Assembly: GCA_010909165.1 (NCBI GenBank)
Contig: MU008165.1
Location: 1,364,001 to 1,428,000, forward strand
Direction of reading: 5' to 3'
Source: Anthoceros angustus
Taxonomy: Eukaryota; Plantae; Anthocerotophyta
Length of the DNA: 64,000 bases
Made by a program: the position numbers and the translations under genes. The notes under the pieces were generated by a model, which did not search any database, had not been told where the DNA came from, and saw nothing but the letters and a program-made list of their open reading frames with translations. The first letter of the stretch is position 1. Each line of letters begins with the position of its first letter. This document shows, in pieces, positions 49,378-62,891 of this stretch.

Positions 49378-50750
49378 TTATAGATCTAGACCTAGGATAC
49401 GACAGAGAGAGCACCGACCAAGATATGTCTCTTCCCCTTTTGGGGCATGCTCGATCCCCTAAGGGCAATACTCAGGGCCTAGACACTTGACAATCCCCTC
49501 GTAGAGATCCTGAAGTCTTTCCAACGCTAGGTGACAGGAATCACAACAGTGAACAGTTCCAAAGCAAGCATAAGTAGCCACGGAGCAGCATGAATTCCAT
49601 GTAATCGGCGCCATGGCCTGGTACCTTACATATTCCATGGCCAGCTGCGGCAGCAGAACAGCGGCCACACATCAACTCGCGCGGATCATAACCGTCTTCC
49701 CTGCACAATCAAGCATGATTGGTACAAGCTCGCAAACAACTCTACAACATCTTGAATCAATCAACAAGAGAAAGTGACGTCCTTTGCCCAGCACGGACCG
49801 TCCGTTTCCCGCTCCGCAGTCGCGAATACCACCAAATCTTCTTGCACTCAAAGCACAAATAATACTGATGCTTCCTCATGGCAGCTGTCACCAACTCCTC
49901 GGTTACTTCTACCTTTGCCTTGTTTGCCTTCGAGGTGGAAGGCTTCGATGAGGCCTCCATCTTGAGGGGCTCTTCTTCCGTTTGCTCCGTCCGGAGCCGC
50001 TGCCTTACCATGTCCATAACCTGCACAGCCAAATGTCTCAAGCTGAGGATCGCTTTCCATGATATGCACAACGGGTATTGCTTACTGTTTACCCGTGTAT
50101 TGCACTCGTGTCATCATTCATGTCCTACCTTTGATCTCCGCATCTCATGCTGCCCAGGATAGCTCCACAAGTGCGATGTTGCAGCGTCCTGTGAACAGAG
50201 TGGACACTCGAGGTAACGGAAGCTGATTTCGGGCCCTGGAAACCCCTCATCAAGCTTCCTCGTTGCACAGAAATAGTGCACCATGTGTCCACAGGTCAGC
50301 AGTGTGGCAGGTTCTCGTCTAATAGGTTTCACCATACATAAAAGCACACAGCTCGTCCCCGGATGTGAAGATCTTCTGACCAGAACATGGATTTGAGTGA
50401 CAGCCAGCCTGCGGAAAGTAGGAAAGGGTGTCACATCAGTTGCCCAACATGCCATAGCATTCTCACTGTCGCGAATGAAAAGAGTGCAGAAATGCGATTC
50501 GGGTTAGCAAAATCACCTCTAGACAGGGAAGGCAAGTATTATCGAGGTGAACTCCTCCACAGCGATGCCCACATTTCAAAGGCTGCAAACACGAAAACCT
50601 GAGCAGCTTTCTACAGTCGAATTCCGAGCAAACAGTCGAAGCAATGTTCAACACCTGTACAAAGTCTCTGTTTTCCCGGCACCAGGGAAGATCCGTGTAC
50701 TTGCCAATCATGGCCGAAATCTCGCCCATGATCTGTTCTACAGACATGGA
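49378..50750 (-). pseudogene. MYCBP2/Highwire/RPM-1-like RING + tandem-cysteine (RCR) E3 ligase module, disrupted
   Basis: VCSEFDC..CLQPLKCGHRCGGV..CLPCL, RING CVLC..CGHMVHYFC..GPEISFRYLECPLC, YYLCFECK/FGGIRDC, GYDPRELMCGRCS..GHGADYMEF/CCSVATYACFGTVHCCDSCH and CP*GIEHAPKGEE..LGRCSLCR. Contains two frameshifts and an in-frame TAG. Confidence 0.85.
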
Positions 50751-50832
50751 CTATGACTTTCAGCACTGGAAGAACGAACAATTCCCTCACAAAAAATGCA
50801 CTTGATTTCTGATATCTCCTTCTCATATTGCT

Positions 50833-51347
50833 TCAACATTTTGTATACATGTCCACCAGGCAGGTACCACCAAACATGTCAGGAGGCAAGCCACTGTGCG
50901 ACACATCGCAGTGCACTTTCCTGCCAGAATCCAAGACGCCGGCCAGTACGCAAGGCTGAAGGGCAGCTACAAAGACGTGGGCATCCGGCTTCACTCCTGA
51001 CCTACGCATCTCATGGTTCAGTTGTCTGGCCTCGTTAGCCTTCCCATGCTTAGCATATGCAGAGATTACGGAAGACCACATAAAGGCATTCGGTTTGGCC
51101 ACCCTGGTGAACACATCCATGGCCTCCTCTAGCCTGCCTCGACAAGCATACATGCGCCAGATATGGTTCCCCAAGTATGCATCCGACTAGTACCCGACTT
51201 AGCTGTACACAGTTTCTGCACAGTGTAAACCAGAGACTGACAGATAGCAGAGACTATCTCCGCTGAAGATTCCAGGGCTCCAACGGCCTCAGAAAGCTTC
51301 CCCTGCTGACATAACGTGCTCACGGTTACAGCTGTAACCACGCCCAT
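50833..51347 (-). pseudogene. PLS-class PPR gene fragment
   Basis: LCQQGKLSEAV, GNHIWRMYACRGRLEEAMDVF, NAFMWSSVISAYAKHGKANEA..EMRRSGVKPD, HVFVAALQPC..GRKVH and LVDMYTKC*; frameshifted with a premature stop. Confidence 0.85.
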
Positions 51348-51429
51348 TTCCGATCCTTCACGCCTGCCATGTTCAGGCTTACCCAGGGAGCTGGACCCGG
51401 AAGGAGAAGGACCAAACCCATCTGCCTAT

Positions 51430-51700
51430 CCAAGGGAAACGAGCTGCTCATCAACCCGAGCTGATTTCAACATGTTGTTTAACCACAGCACCTCGCCGGA
51501 CCCCTTCAGCTGGAAGTCAGGCGATCGGGAGCTCTTCTTATCTCGTCTATGGTCCCGCCATATGGTAAAGTGCACGCCTCCCAGGTTCAGGATTATCCGG
51601 AGAGAGGCACCATGACCCGTCCGCATTGCCAAGGAAACGAGCTGCTCATCAACCCAAGCTGGCTTATCTCATCTGTTGTCCCAGCACATGGGAGGGTCCA
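51430..51700 (-). pseudogene. OSB-type PDF-motif fragments (organellar ssDNA-binding family)
   Basis: WRDHRRDKKSSRSPDFQLKGSGEVLWL (about 51477-51570), a WDNR*DK remnant near 51670, and the direct repeat gggttgatgagcagctcgtttccttgg x2. Confidence 0.65.
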
Positions 51701-51779
51701 GAAGTGATTGTTGCCGCAAGGGGTCCTGCTCCTGGCCACGACCATCGCTGATAACCCATCCCACCCACAGATAGCTGCA

Positions 51780-51900
51780 CAACGAACAAGTGGACGTGTT
51801 GCCTGTGCCGAGAGTGCCATTGGGCCGCTTCCGCCCATCCATGACTGCACCCCACGCTAGCACAGCTCAGTTTCCGCGAACAGCAGCCCAGGATGCAAGA
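51780..51900 (-). pseudogene. Degenerate 5' fragment of AK6
   Basis: MDGRKRPN-GTLGTGNTSTCSL versus [25 protein letters not shown] at 48872; the upstream aacagcagc(c/t)cagga is also shared. Confidence 0.8.
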
Positions 51901-52069
51901 ACTGTGGTGGGAAGGAGATAGTCTTAAACATAGCCGTCAATATCAACTGGAGACAATTCAGGAGGTCTCCAAATTCAGGGCGCCTCGCACATTACATACA
52001 GTGCCACTGGATCCTATTTGAGAACCCGTTCTGGGCGATTGGCAGTTATTACTGCCTTATCGATCGGCA

Positions 52070-55000
52070 ATGGAGGCTGGGCAGGGTCGTCAAGATGAAG
52101 ATCCTGAGCGCAAGAAGAAGAAGGAGGAGAAGGTGCGGCCGGCAGCTGCTGCTGACCTGTCGCAGAGCCGCCATTTGTGTGTTGTGTGAGGCAGGATCTT
52201 GTCTCCCTGATTGATTCAGATTCCAACATTGCCTACAGGCCAGGGAGAAGGAGTTGAAGAAGCAGAAAGCTGCCCAGAAGGCAGAAGCAGCAAAAGCTGC
52301 CAAGGCCGCACCAGATGGGTCAGGGAAGAAGAAGGATACCAAGGCCAAGCGGCCTGCTGAGGAGGTGGCTGATCCTCCCACGCCGGCTGGCCAGAAGAAG
52401 CAGCTGGCGGCTCTCATGGCCCCGTCCTACAGCCCTAAGGCCGTGGAGAGGAGGTCAGCTTTGGCATGCAGCTCTAGTGATGCAAATCGTAGCTGCTCGC
52501 CTGCAGTTGTGATTTTCATGCTTCGGTTGTTGATGCAGTTGGTATGAGTGGTGGGAGGAATCGGGATTCTTTGTGGCCGACAACACCAGTACCAAGCCGC
52601 CGTTTGTGATTGTAAGCATTGTCCTCACTTCTGCTTAGTAGGCTGTGGAAGCAAGTATGTGGCTCAGCCCAAGCATGGTTCCTACTGCAGGTAGTACCCC
52701 CGCCAAACGTTACTGGTGCCCTGCACATTGGGCATGCCTTAACAGCTGCCATCCAGGTAAGAGATGATACCTTCTGGTTTTGGAACAGAAGCAGTGTCTG
52801 AGCTCACTGGTTGGTTCACCAACTTCTTTTCGGCTCTCTTAGGATTCCGTGTCAGATGGCACAGAATGAGAGGTTACAATACGCTTTTGGGTTCCAGGCA
52901 TGGACCACGCTGGCATTGCAACTCAGGTATCAACGTTCGCTTTCCTACTGCTGGTTCCACCAGTGAAGTGTAAGGTTTCAGGGTTTAAGTTCTGTGGTTT
53001 CAGGGTTAGTGTAGGGTTTTCAGGGTTTAAGGGATGTCAGAGCCAGGTCCCTTTCCAACCATCTGCAACCTTGACTACTGCAGGTAGTTGTGGAGAAGAA
53101 GATCATGAGAGAAAGTAATCTGACAAGGCATGACATTGGGAGGGAAAAGTTCGAGGCAAAGGTATTCAGCTTTCAAACTGTGATACCCTGTGACCTGAAG
53201 AAGGAAATGTATCCTGAACTATGGTTTGTGGCAGGTATGGAATGGAAGCAAGTATGTGGCTCAGCCCAAGCATGGTTCCTACTGCAGGTAGTACCCCGCC
53301 AAACGTTACTGGTGCCCTGCACATTGGGCATGCCTTAACAGCTGCCATCCAGGTAAGAGATGATACCTTCTGGTTTTGGAACAGAAGCAGTGTCTGAGCT
53401 CACTGGTTGGTTCACCAACTTCTTTTCGGCTCTCTTAGGATTCCGTGTCAGATGGCACAGAATGAGAGGTTACAATACGCTTTTGGGTTCCAGGCATGGA
53501 CCATGCTGGCATTGCAACTCAGGTACCAACGTTCGCTTTCCACTGCTGGTTCCACCAGTGAAGTGTAAGGTTTCAGGTTTAAGTTCTGTGGTTTCAGGGT
53601 TAGTGTAGGGTTTCAGGGTTTAAGGGATGTCAGAGCCAGGTCCCTTTTCAACCATCTGCAACCTTGACTACTGCAGGTAGTTGTGGAGAAGAAGATCATG
53701 AGAGAAAGTAATCTGACAAGGCATGACATTGGGAGGGAAAAGTTTGAGGCAAAGGTATTCAGCTTTCAAACTGTGATACCCTGTGACCTGAAGAAGGAAA
53801 TGTATCCTGAACTATGGTTTGTGGCAGGTATGGAATGGAAGCAAGTATGTGGCTCAGCCCAAGCATGGTTCCTACTGCAGGTAGTACCCCCGCCAAACGT
53901 TACTGGTGCCCTGCACATTGGGCATGCCTTAACAGCTGCCATCCAGGTAAGAGATGATACCTTCTGGTTGGTGACAGAAGCAGTAGCTGAGGGCTCACTG
54001 GTTCACCAACTTCTTTTCGGCTCTCTTAGGATTCCGTGGTGAGATGGCACAGAATGAGAGGTTACAATACACTTTGGGTTCCAGGCATGGACCACGCTGG
54101 CATTGCAACTCAGGTATCAACGTTCGCTTTCCTACTGCTGGTTCCACCAGTGAAGTGTAAGGTTTCAGGGTTTAAGTTCTGTGGTTTCAGGGTTAGTGTA
54201 GGGTTTTCAGGGTTTAAGGGAAGGAGCCAGGTCCTTTTCAACCATCTGCAACCTTGACTACTGCAGGTAGTTGTGGAGAAGAAGATCATGAGAGAAAGTA
54301 ATCTGACAAGGCATGACATTGGGAGGGAAAAGTTCGAGGCAAAGGTATTCAGCTTTCAAACTGTGATACCCTGTGACCTGAAGAAGGAAATGTATCCTGA
54401 ACTATGGTTTGTGGCAGGTATGGGAATGGAAGAAGCAATATGGTGATACCATCTCGAGACAGCAACGGAAAGTGGGGGCCTCGCTTGACTGGTCTAGAGA
54501 AGTATGTCTCTTTCATATCATCTCGTCATGCATGTCATTGGTAGCTAGTGGTTTTGGAGAGTGATACGCCAGAGCATGCTGCAGTGTTTTACAATGGATG
54601 CCAAGTTGTCCAAAGCTGTAACTGAAGCCTTCGTACGCCTCTATGACGAGGGCCTGATCTACAGGTTAGTGTTGTCACCTCTAAATCAGCGCCAACTGTC
54701 ATGTCCATTTGTTTTGCGTATGCTTTCTCTGCTTGTGCCTTACAGTGGTGCACTGCAGGGATGATCGACTTGTAAACTGGGATTGTACCCTTAAGACTGC
54801 AATTTCGGATATAGAGGTACCTTGTTGCAGCCTTTTCAAACAATATTCTCCTTACTGTTCGTGACTTTCTCCCTACACGTGTATATCTTTAAGGTGGACT
54901 CGCATTTTGATCCAATGGGGCTGACCATTTTTGACCCTCCATCAGGTAGAGTATAAGGACCTGGAGAAGAGGGAAGCAATTAAGGTACCAGGTTATGATG

Positions 55001-58000
55001 AGAGAGTGGAGTTTGGTACCATCACATCCTTTGCATATCCGTTGGAAGGTGGGACCGGGGAAATTGTAGTGGCAACCACTCGACCAGAAACTATGCTTGG
55101 TGATACAGCGGTAGCAGTTCATCCAAATGATGATAGGTATCGACATTTGCATGGCAAATATGTAATACACCCATTCAACGGGAGAAGAATCCCAATCATT
55201 TTAGATGCTGAGCTGGTGGACATGGCATTTGGAACTGGTGCGGTGAAGGTGGGTGTAGAACTAGTTGCACCTGCCGTTTACCTGGTTGTGCAGTGTTAGG
55301 GTTTCGGTTCCTTCATGCTGAGCATGTGACTTTATGTTGGTTCTTGTGTTTCTGCAGATCACCCCAGCACATGATCCAAATGACTATGAGGTTGGTAAGC
55401 GGCACAACTTGGAGTTTATCAACATCTTTACAGATGATGGCAAGATCAACAGTAGCGGGGGACAAGAATTTGAAGGCCTAAAGCGCTTCGATGCTCGAGT
55501 GAAAGTCCTCAAAGCATTGGAATCCAAGGTGGGACGTTGTATCCTTTGTGATATGGTGTATGAGGATGGGGAAGAGGGTTTTGCACTTCGTGAGATTGGG
55601 CTCTGCGTCTTGAACTTGATGAGGTTTGTGTGTGGGTCACAGGGACTTTATAGGGGAGTCGCAGACAATCCTATGAAGCTAGGAATATGCTCCAGAAGCA
55701 ATGATGTCGTGGAGCCCTTGGTCAAACCGCAGTGGTATGTTGACTGCCAGCAAATGGCTGCGGACGCTAGCAACGCTGTCAAGGAAGGCAAACTCAAAAT
55801 CCTACCAAAGCTGTTTGAGGACACCTGGCATGCGTAAGTTATCCAAGTTGGTGCTTGATGGAATGTGTAGATATGCACTGGCTTGCACGTCCTGCATTGT
55901 GCGAGTAGGTGACTGAACACCAAAGGGAGCCCATGTTGACTTCGTTGTATAGTAGCTAGTAGCAGCCTTTGTGCATGACTGGAGATTTTCTGGGGATCAA
56001 TTTGGTAGTGTGTTGTTTCTCGCAAAGTGGAATTTCTTGCAGAAAGTGAAACACCTCGTTTGCAATATTGCAGATGGCTGAGGAACATTCGGCCTTGGTG
56101 CATATCAAGGCAGTTGTGGTGGGGTCATCGTGTCCCTGCATGGTATGCTCATTTTGATGACGATGAGCTGGAAGGAATAGGGTCTTATGATGATCACTGG
56201 GTCGTTGGTAGAAACGAAACCGAAGCCAAGGCCATTGCCAATAAGAAGTTTGCTGGGAAGAAGTTCCGGCTGGAACAAGATGCTGATGTTTTGGACACAT
56301 GGTTTTCGTCGGGGTTATTCCCGTTCTCTGTGATGGGGTGGCCAGAGGAAACGGCGGATATGCGCACATTCTACCCGACATCACTCCTGGAAACCGGACA
56401 TGATATTCTTTTCTTTTGGGTAGCTAGGATGGTAATGATGGGCATGAAGCTGACGAATGAAGTCCCATTTAAACATGTGAGCCTTTTGTACTTGTCTTTG
56501 AGATTCATAATTGCCTTGCCCCTCTCTTTGTATGATTGCTAACAGCAGGCGTTCCTTGCAGGTGTTCCTTCACGCGATTGTGAGGGATGCCCAAGGTCGC
56601 AAAATGTCGAAGTCTTTGGGAAATGTGATTGATCCCTTAGAAGTTATCTCAGGTATTACCTTGGAGGGCCTTCAGAGCAAGCTCACACAGGGTAACCTTG
56701 AGCAAGCTGAAGTAGAGAGGGCATCCAAGAATCTGGTGGTAGATTATCCAAATGGGATCATTGAATGTGGTGCTGATGCTCTTCGGTTTGCCCTTGTCTC
56801 CTACACGATGCAGGTAAGGACAACCCATCGTTCATTAAAGTTCATACTCTTCTGAGGTGGTTTTTCTGATCATAGTGGGAAACTTCGTGTCCTCGTGCAG
56901 CCAATGAAAATAAACCTCGATATTCAGCGGGTGGTGGGCTATAGGCAGTGGTGCAACAAGCTCTGGAATGCCATCCGCTTTGCACTGATGAAACTCGGAT
57001 CAGACTTCGTCCCTTCCAAGTCTTTTGATGTGGCTTCGCTGCCATTTAGCTGCAAATGGATCCTGTCAGTGCTGAATCATACGATCTCCAAGACGAATGA
57101 TGCTTTTGCAAGCTATGACCTGACAGAAGCAACGACGGCTATCTATTCCTGGTGGCAATATCAGTTATGTGATGTCTTCATCGAAGTCATAAAGCCAGCT
57201 GTGTCATCAAACAGCGATGAGGCAGATGCTGTTGCAATCAAGACTGCTGTAAAGGACACTCTATGGATATGCCTGGACACAGGCCTCCGGCTCCTTCATC
57301 CACTCATGCCATTCATAACCGAGGAGCTATGGCAGAGGCTGCCACGAAAAGATGCTGTATCGTCGATCATGGTTGCAGAGTATCCATCCGTGCATGAGGT
57401 TGGTTGTCCAAACATGGCCAGTACTGAAGCCGGTAACCAGTCACAAGGCTGTGTGCCTTGTTTGTGAACCTGTGTGCCCACCAAACATTTCATGTGTGCA
57501 GGATTGGTCAAATCTGAAAGTTGAGGCACAGATGGCACTGACCGAATCGATTGTAAGGTCTGCAAGAGGGTTGCGGATGACGAATGGTTTGCAGACGACG
57601 CAGAGGTAATGATCCACGAACGTTGCCTGACTAGTTTTTCTAAGCTTAGCAAGCACGCTAGGTACCTTTCTTGCTTTTCTCCTGAATGCTTGTCACTGTT
57701 TCAGGGAGGAGGCGGAGTTATTTGTGGTGTCCAAGGACTCTGCTATCTCAGCTGACTTGATCAGCAATGGCGTCCCCGTGATATCAACCTTGGCATCTGT
57801 AACTGTGAAGGTGTGTACCTGAGTGTCCTGATGCCGTGCTTCTTTAACCTTGCCGGCCTTCAAAGGTTGACATAATAAAGTGGGGCTTCCATTTTTTTCA
57901 TCCAGGTCCTGGAAGACTCGGAACAACCTCCAGTGGGATGTGCGGTTGCAATCGTGAACGCAACTGTGTCAGTGTACTTGCTCGTCAAAGGTCGGGTGAA

Positions 58001-58301
58001 TGCTGGGTTGGAGATAGCCAAGTTGAAGAAGAGGAAAGATGAGCTTGTGAGGTAAGATATGGCTGGCCACCCCTTCCAAACCCCCATATCCGCCCTTAGC
58101 ACGTCTCTCATAGCGCGTGCCCCCTTGTGTCGCTGCGATGACAGGCAACAGGAGGTACTGTCAGCCGCCATGAGCAGCTCGGGCTACGCGAAGGCTCCAG
58201 CCAGCGTGCAGGCCGAGAACAATGCCAAACTAGCGGAGCTGGCGACAGAGCTGGGAATCGTGGAGGAAGCAACTCGCAACTTCCAGGCCCTGGTGATCTG
58301 A
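52070..58301 (+). CDS. ValRS: Valyl-tRNA synthetase (cytosolic type), multi-exon, with three copies of three early exons
   Basis: [15 protein letters not shown] (HIGH), [80 protein letters not shown] and [10 protein letters not shown] (KMSKS); TGA at 58299-58301. Confidence 0.97.
52646..54426 (+). repeat. Tandem triplication (about 594-bp unit) inside ValRS
   Basis: Units start at 52646, 53243 and 53836, bounded by TGGAAG shared between an intron and the VWEWK exon. Copies differ mainly by small indels. Confidence 0.92.
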
Positions 58302-58682
58302 GCATGGCGCAGCCAGCTTTGTTTCTTGTGGGTGTGACTCTTGACTGGAGATTCGTGCCAGTACCATTCTTCACGGGCGGGCGAATGAGCCTTGTCCACA
58401 GTTTTGTTCCCGCTCGGAATGACGACGGACTCGATTTGTTTTCTCTTAAATCTCTTGCAGCATCCCAAGCCAATGGCAGCGTGTGGGGCCGAGCAGCATT
58501 ATCTGTTTCAAAGCACGTCCTGTCGTTGGTGCATTCCCAGATCAACTAAACAGAGACCCGGGCGTGGTGACTGTTAATCATGGCCTAATCCGACACATTC
58601 CTAAGCTTTGCATGAACGCCTCCAATGGCCGACCGTGCCCGCAATCCACACTCGCTCTGCGCTAGGGAATGCGGCCAGCAGG

Positions 58683-60197
58683 ATGAGGTTGCGAGGCTCC
58701 TCCTTGCGGGCCTGCCGTCGCCGGTGGAACGCACCCGGGAGCCGGCTCCTGCTGCGCCCGCGCTGCAGCCTCCCCTTGGCCCTGTGCCTGCTTCTGCTCA
58801 CGCTGGTGGTGACCTCGCAGCTGAGCGGCTGGGGAGCGGGCACCGCGTCCGGGGACAATCTCCGCCCCACGCCATGGCACACTTTTCACGCGGACGGTCC
58901 CCGGATAGGGTGGGAAAGAATGCGCAGAGGCGCGCAGCTGCTATGGTGCTCCACGATGTGCTCACACGAGACCTCGGCCGCCTCCGCCACAGGACTCCCA
59001 GCCGGAGCTCCTCCTCCTCCTTCGGATTCCGCCTGCCCCGCCTACTTCCAATGGATCTACGACGACCTGGCGCCGTGGCGGCAGCGCGGGGTCTCCCGAG
59101 CCAACGTCCTGGCGGCCAAGGAGTTCGCGGCCTTCCGAGTGGTGATCCTGCAGGGGAGACTGTACGTGGAGTACTATTACCGCTGCGTGCAAAGCCGGAT
59201 GCTCTTCACCGTCTGGTCTCTCCTCCTGCTCCTGGAGCGCTTCCCCGGCCAAGTGCCCGACGTGGATCTCATGTTCGACTGCATGGACCGGCCGCATATC
59301 CTCAAGGCGGGGGATGAGCACCAGCACCGAGGAGGCGCCCCGCCTCCGCTCTTCCGCTACTGCAGCTCTGAGGACTACTTTGACATCCCCTTCCCGGACT
59401 GGTCCTTCTGGGGCTGGCCTGAGACCCGGCTCCGGCCATGGACGGTGGAGCGGGACAGCATCTTTCGGGGATCCGCTGCATCGCCGTGGAAAGCCCGCGA
59501 CAAGTTCGCATATTGGAGAGGGAATCCAAACGTTGGCGCTCCAGTGCGGGAAGAGCTCCTGCTCTGCAACAAGTCCAGCTATAAGATGCACATCTACAGG
59601 CAGGACTGGGCCCAGGAGCACGCCAACGGCTACAAGTCTTCCAGCCTCTCCGACCATTGCCACCACCGCTACATGATCTACTCCGAGGGCCACGCCTGGT
59701 CCGTGAGCTACAAGTACATCCTGGCCTGCGGCTCCCCGCTGCTCGCTATCCGGTCCTCGTACTATGAGTTCTTCACGCGCGGCCTGCTTCCTTCAAAGCA
59801 TTATCTGCCGGTGGAGCGTGACCAGCTCTGCGACAACATGATGCGCCTGGTGGACAAGGGAAACCGAGCTCCTGAAGAGATGATGGCTATGGCGGCAACC
59901 TCCCGCGATTTTTTGCTCCACGACCTGAGTATGGATAATGTGTACAATTACATGCTGCACTTGCTCACCGAGTACTCCAAATTGTTGACATACAAGCCCA
60001 CCGTCCCTCGGCTCGCCGAGCCCGCCTGCCGTGCCAAGATCCTGTGCACGGCCACTCCCGGGCAGAGGGAGTTTCTGGAACAGTCCGCTCCTTCCCCGGT
60101 AAGCCAGCCTCTCGGCCAGAGCAGCTCCTGCGCCATGCCTGCTTACAATGCCTCCTACTTCCGGGAAGTCTTGTCTGCCAGGAAGTCTGGCTCTTAG
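58683..60197 (+). CDS. CAP10/glycosyltransferase family 90 protein (O-glucosyltransferase rumi-like), single exon
   Basis: TM segment, CPAYFQWIYDDLAPW, FRVVILQGRLYVE, VPDVDLMFDCMDRP, DIPFPDWSFWGWPE, AYWRGNP, IYSEGHAWSVSYKYILACGS and YMLHLLTEYSKL. Confidence 0.92.
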   Translation: MRLRGSSLRACRRRWNAPGSRLLLRPRCSLPLALCLLLLTLVVTSQLSGWGAGTASGDNLRPTPWHTFHADGPRIGWERMRRGAQLLWCSTMCSHETSAASATGLPAGAPPPPSDSACPAYFQWIYDDLAPWRQRGVSRANVLAAKEFAAFRVVILQGRLYVEYYYRCVQSRMLFTVWSLLLLLERFPGQVPDVDLMFDCMDRPHILKAGDEHQHRGGAPPPLFRYCSSEDYFDIPFPDWSFWGWPETRLRPWTVERDSIFRGSAASPWKARDKFAYWRGNPNVGAPVREELLLCNKSSYKMHIYRQDWAQEHANGYKSSSLSDHCHHRYMIYSEGHAWSVSYKYILACGSPLLAIRSSYYEFFTRGLLPSKHYLPVERDQLCDNMMRLVDKGNRAPEEMMAMAATSRDFLLHDLSMDNVYNYMLHLLTEYSKLLTYKPTVPRLAEPACRAKILCTATPGQREFLEQSAPSPVSQPLGQSSSCAMPAYNASYFREVLSARKSGS

Positions 60198-61368
60198 TAT
60201 GCTAGAGATCGTGTAATACATATACCTTCCCGACATCATTACCTTATTGCTGCCTTCTCTTCTCTGCACTACCAATTGTAAGAAGATATCGAGCTAGCAT
60301 CTTTGATTGCAGGCCAACAGCCGGATCCTTGGATGAAACTTGACACAATTGCTTCTTGCTTGCCTGGATCAAACTGCTTCACACACTGTTGGGAGAAGGA
60401 AGTCCCCTATTTATTAATGTGAAGCCTTCCAAGCGAAGGACTTGCAAGCTTTTCATCCCACGTGAGCTAGCTCAGCAGCATTGAATGGGGTCTGTGCAGT
60501 GTGTGACTGCTGTGATTCCTTCCATCATAGTCCTGACTCCTCTGCATTCCCCGAGGCAGAAGGAAGTATATCAGCGCCATGGCATGTATGTATGTACACC
60601 CTATCCGCCAGGGATTGATGGATGTGAGATATCTGGAAGAAAAGACAGGGTAGCAGGTGGTGAAGAGTGTAAAGAGATCGGCAACCATGTGCGTCTTGGT
60701 GGTTTGCTGAGCCGGCCACATTCTGGCTGTCAGCCGCCCGCCTTTTTAAAAGCCTGTTAGAGACGCGTCTTAGAAGTTAGGGTGCGCTTGGGCTTTTCAA
60801 ACCCGCCTCCGGTTAGGTTTGGCAACGGCACCCGCCGAGCGACAGTACGGAGGTCATCGCGGCCGTCTCTGCGCTCTTCCCGCCATTGCTTGTTAACTCG
60901 GGTTACGCCTTACTCGCCGAGATCTACTCCTCACTCTTCGGCTGCGCCGCTCCCCGTAGGCTCGCATTCCTTCTCACTCCCTTCCGCTGCTGCCGCTGCT
61001 CTCCCGCCCGCCGCTCTGCCGCTGCCGGAGCCGCATTGGGCCTCCCCGTCCTAGGCGCCGGCCCCTCAGCTCGCCCCCCCGTCAAGGTTTGCTTCGCGCT
61101 CTCCAGCGCTTCCGATGCACGCCGGGCTGGGGCTGTTTGGTGCTGTTTTGTAGGAGTACGGGCTGTTTGTAGCTGGCATCTAGTCCGTTTGAGTCCGTCC
61201 TTGCTTTGCATTGTCCCGGCCTGCTTTTCTGCGGTTCTGGTAGCTCGGTTCCTCTTTTGGTAAGGCTGGTTGGAGTCGGTTTCGTAGCGGGAGACGCGGA
61301 AGGTGCGGTGCTCCAGGCATGGCGCTTTAATCTGGTGTCTTGTCTCCCATTCCAGGATCTCTTTCAAG

Positions 61369-62891
<1,523 letters not shown>

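Noticed and set aside
49450-49470. In-frame TAG in the RCR module as stop-codon reassignment or readthrough
   Set aside because: TAG terminates other genes here (IFT80, RPL14, LepA, TUB), and the same region carries multi-base deletions, so decay is simpler.
58625-59693. Overlapping 230-aa (+) and 243-aa (-) ORFs
   Set aside because: Alternative-frame shadows of the GC-rich GT90 CDS.
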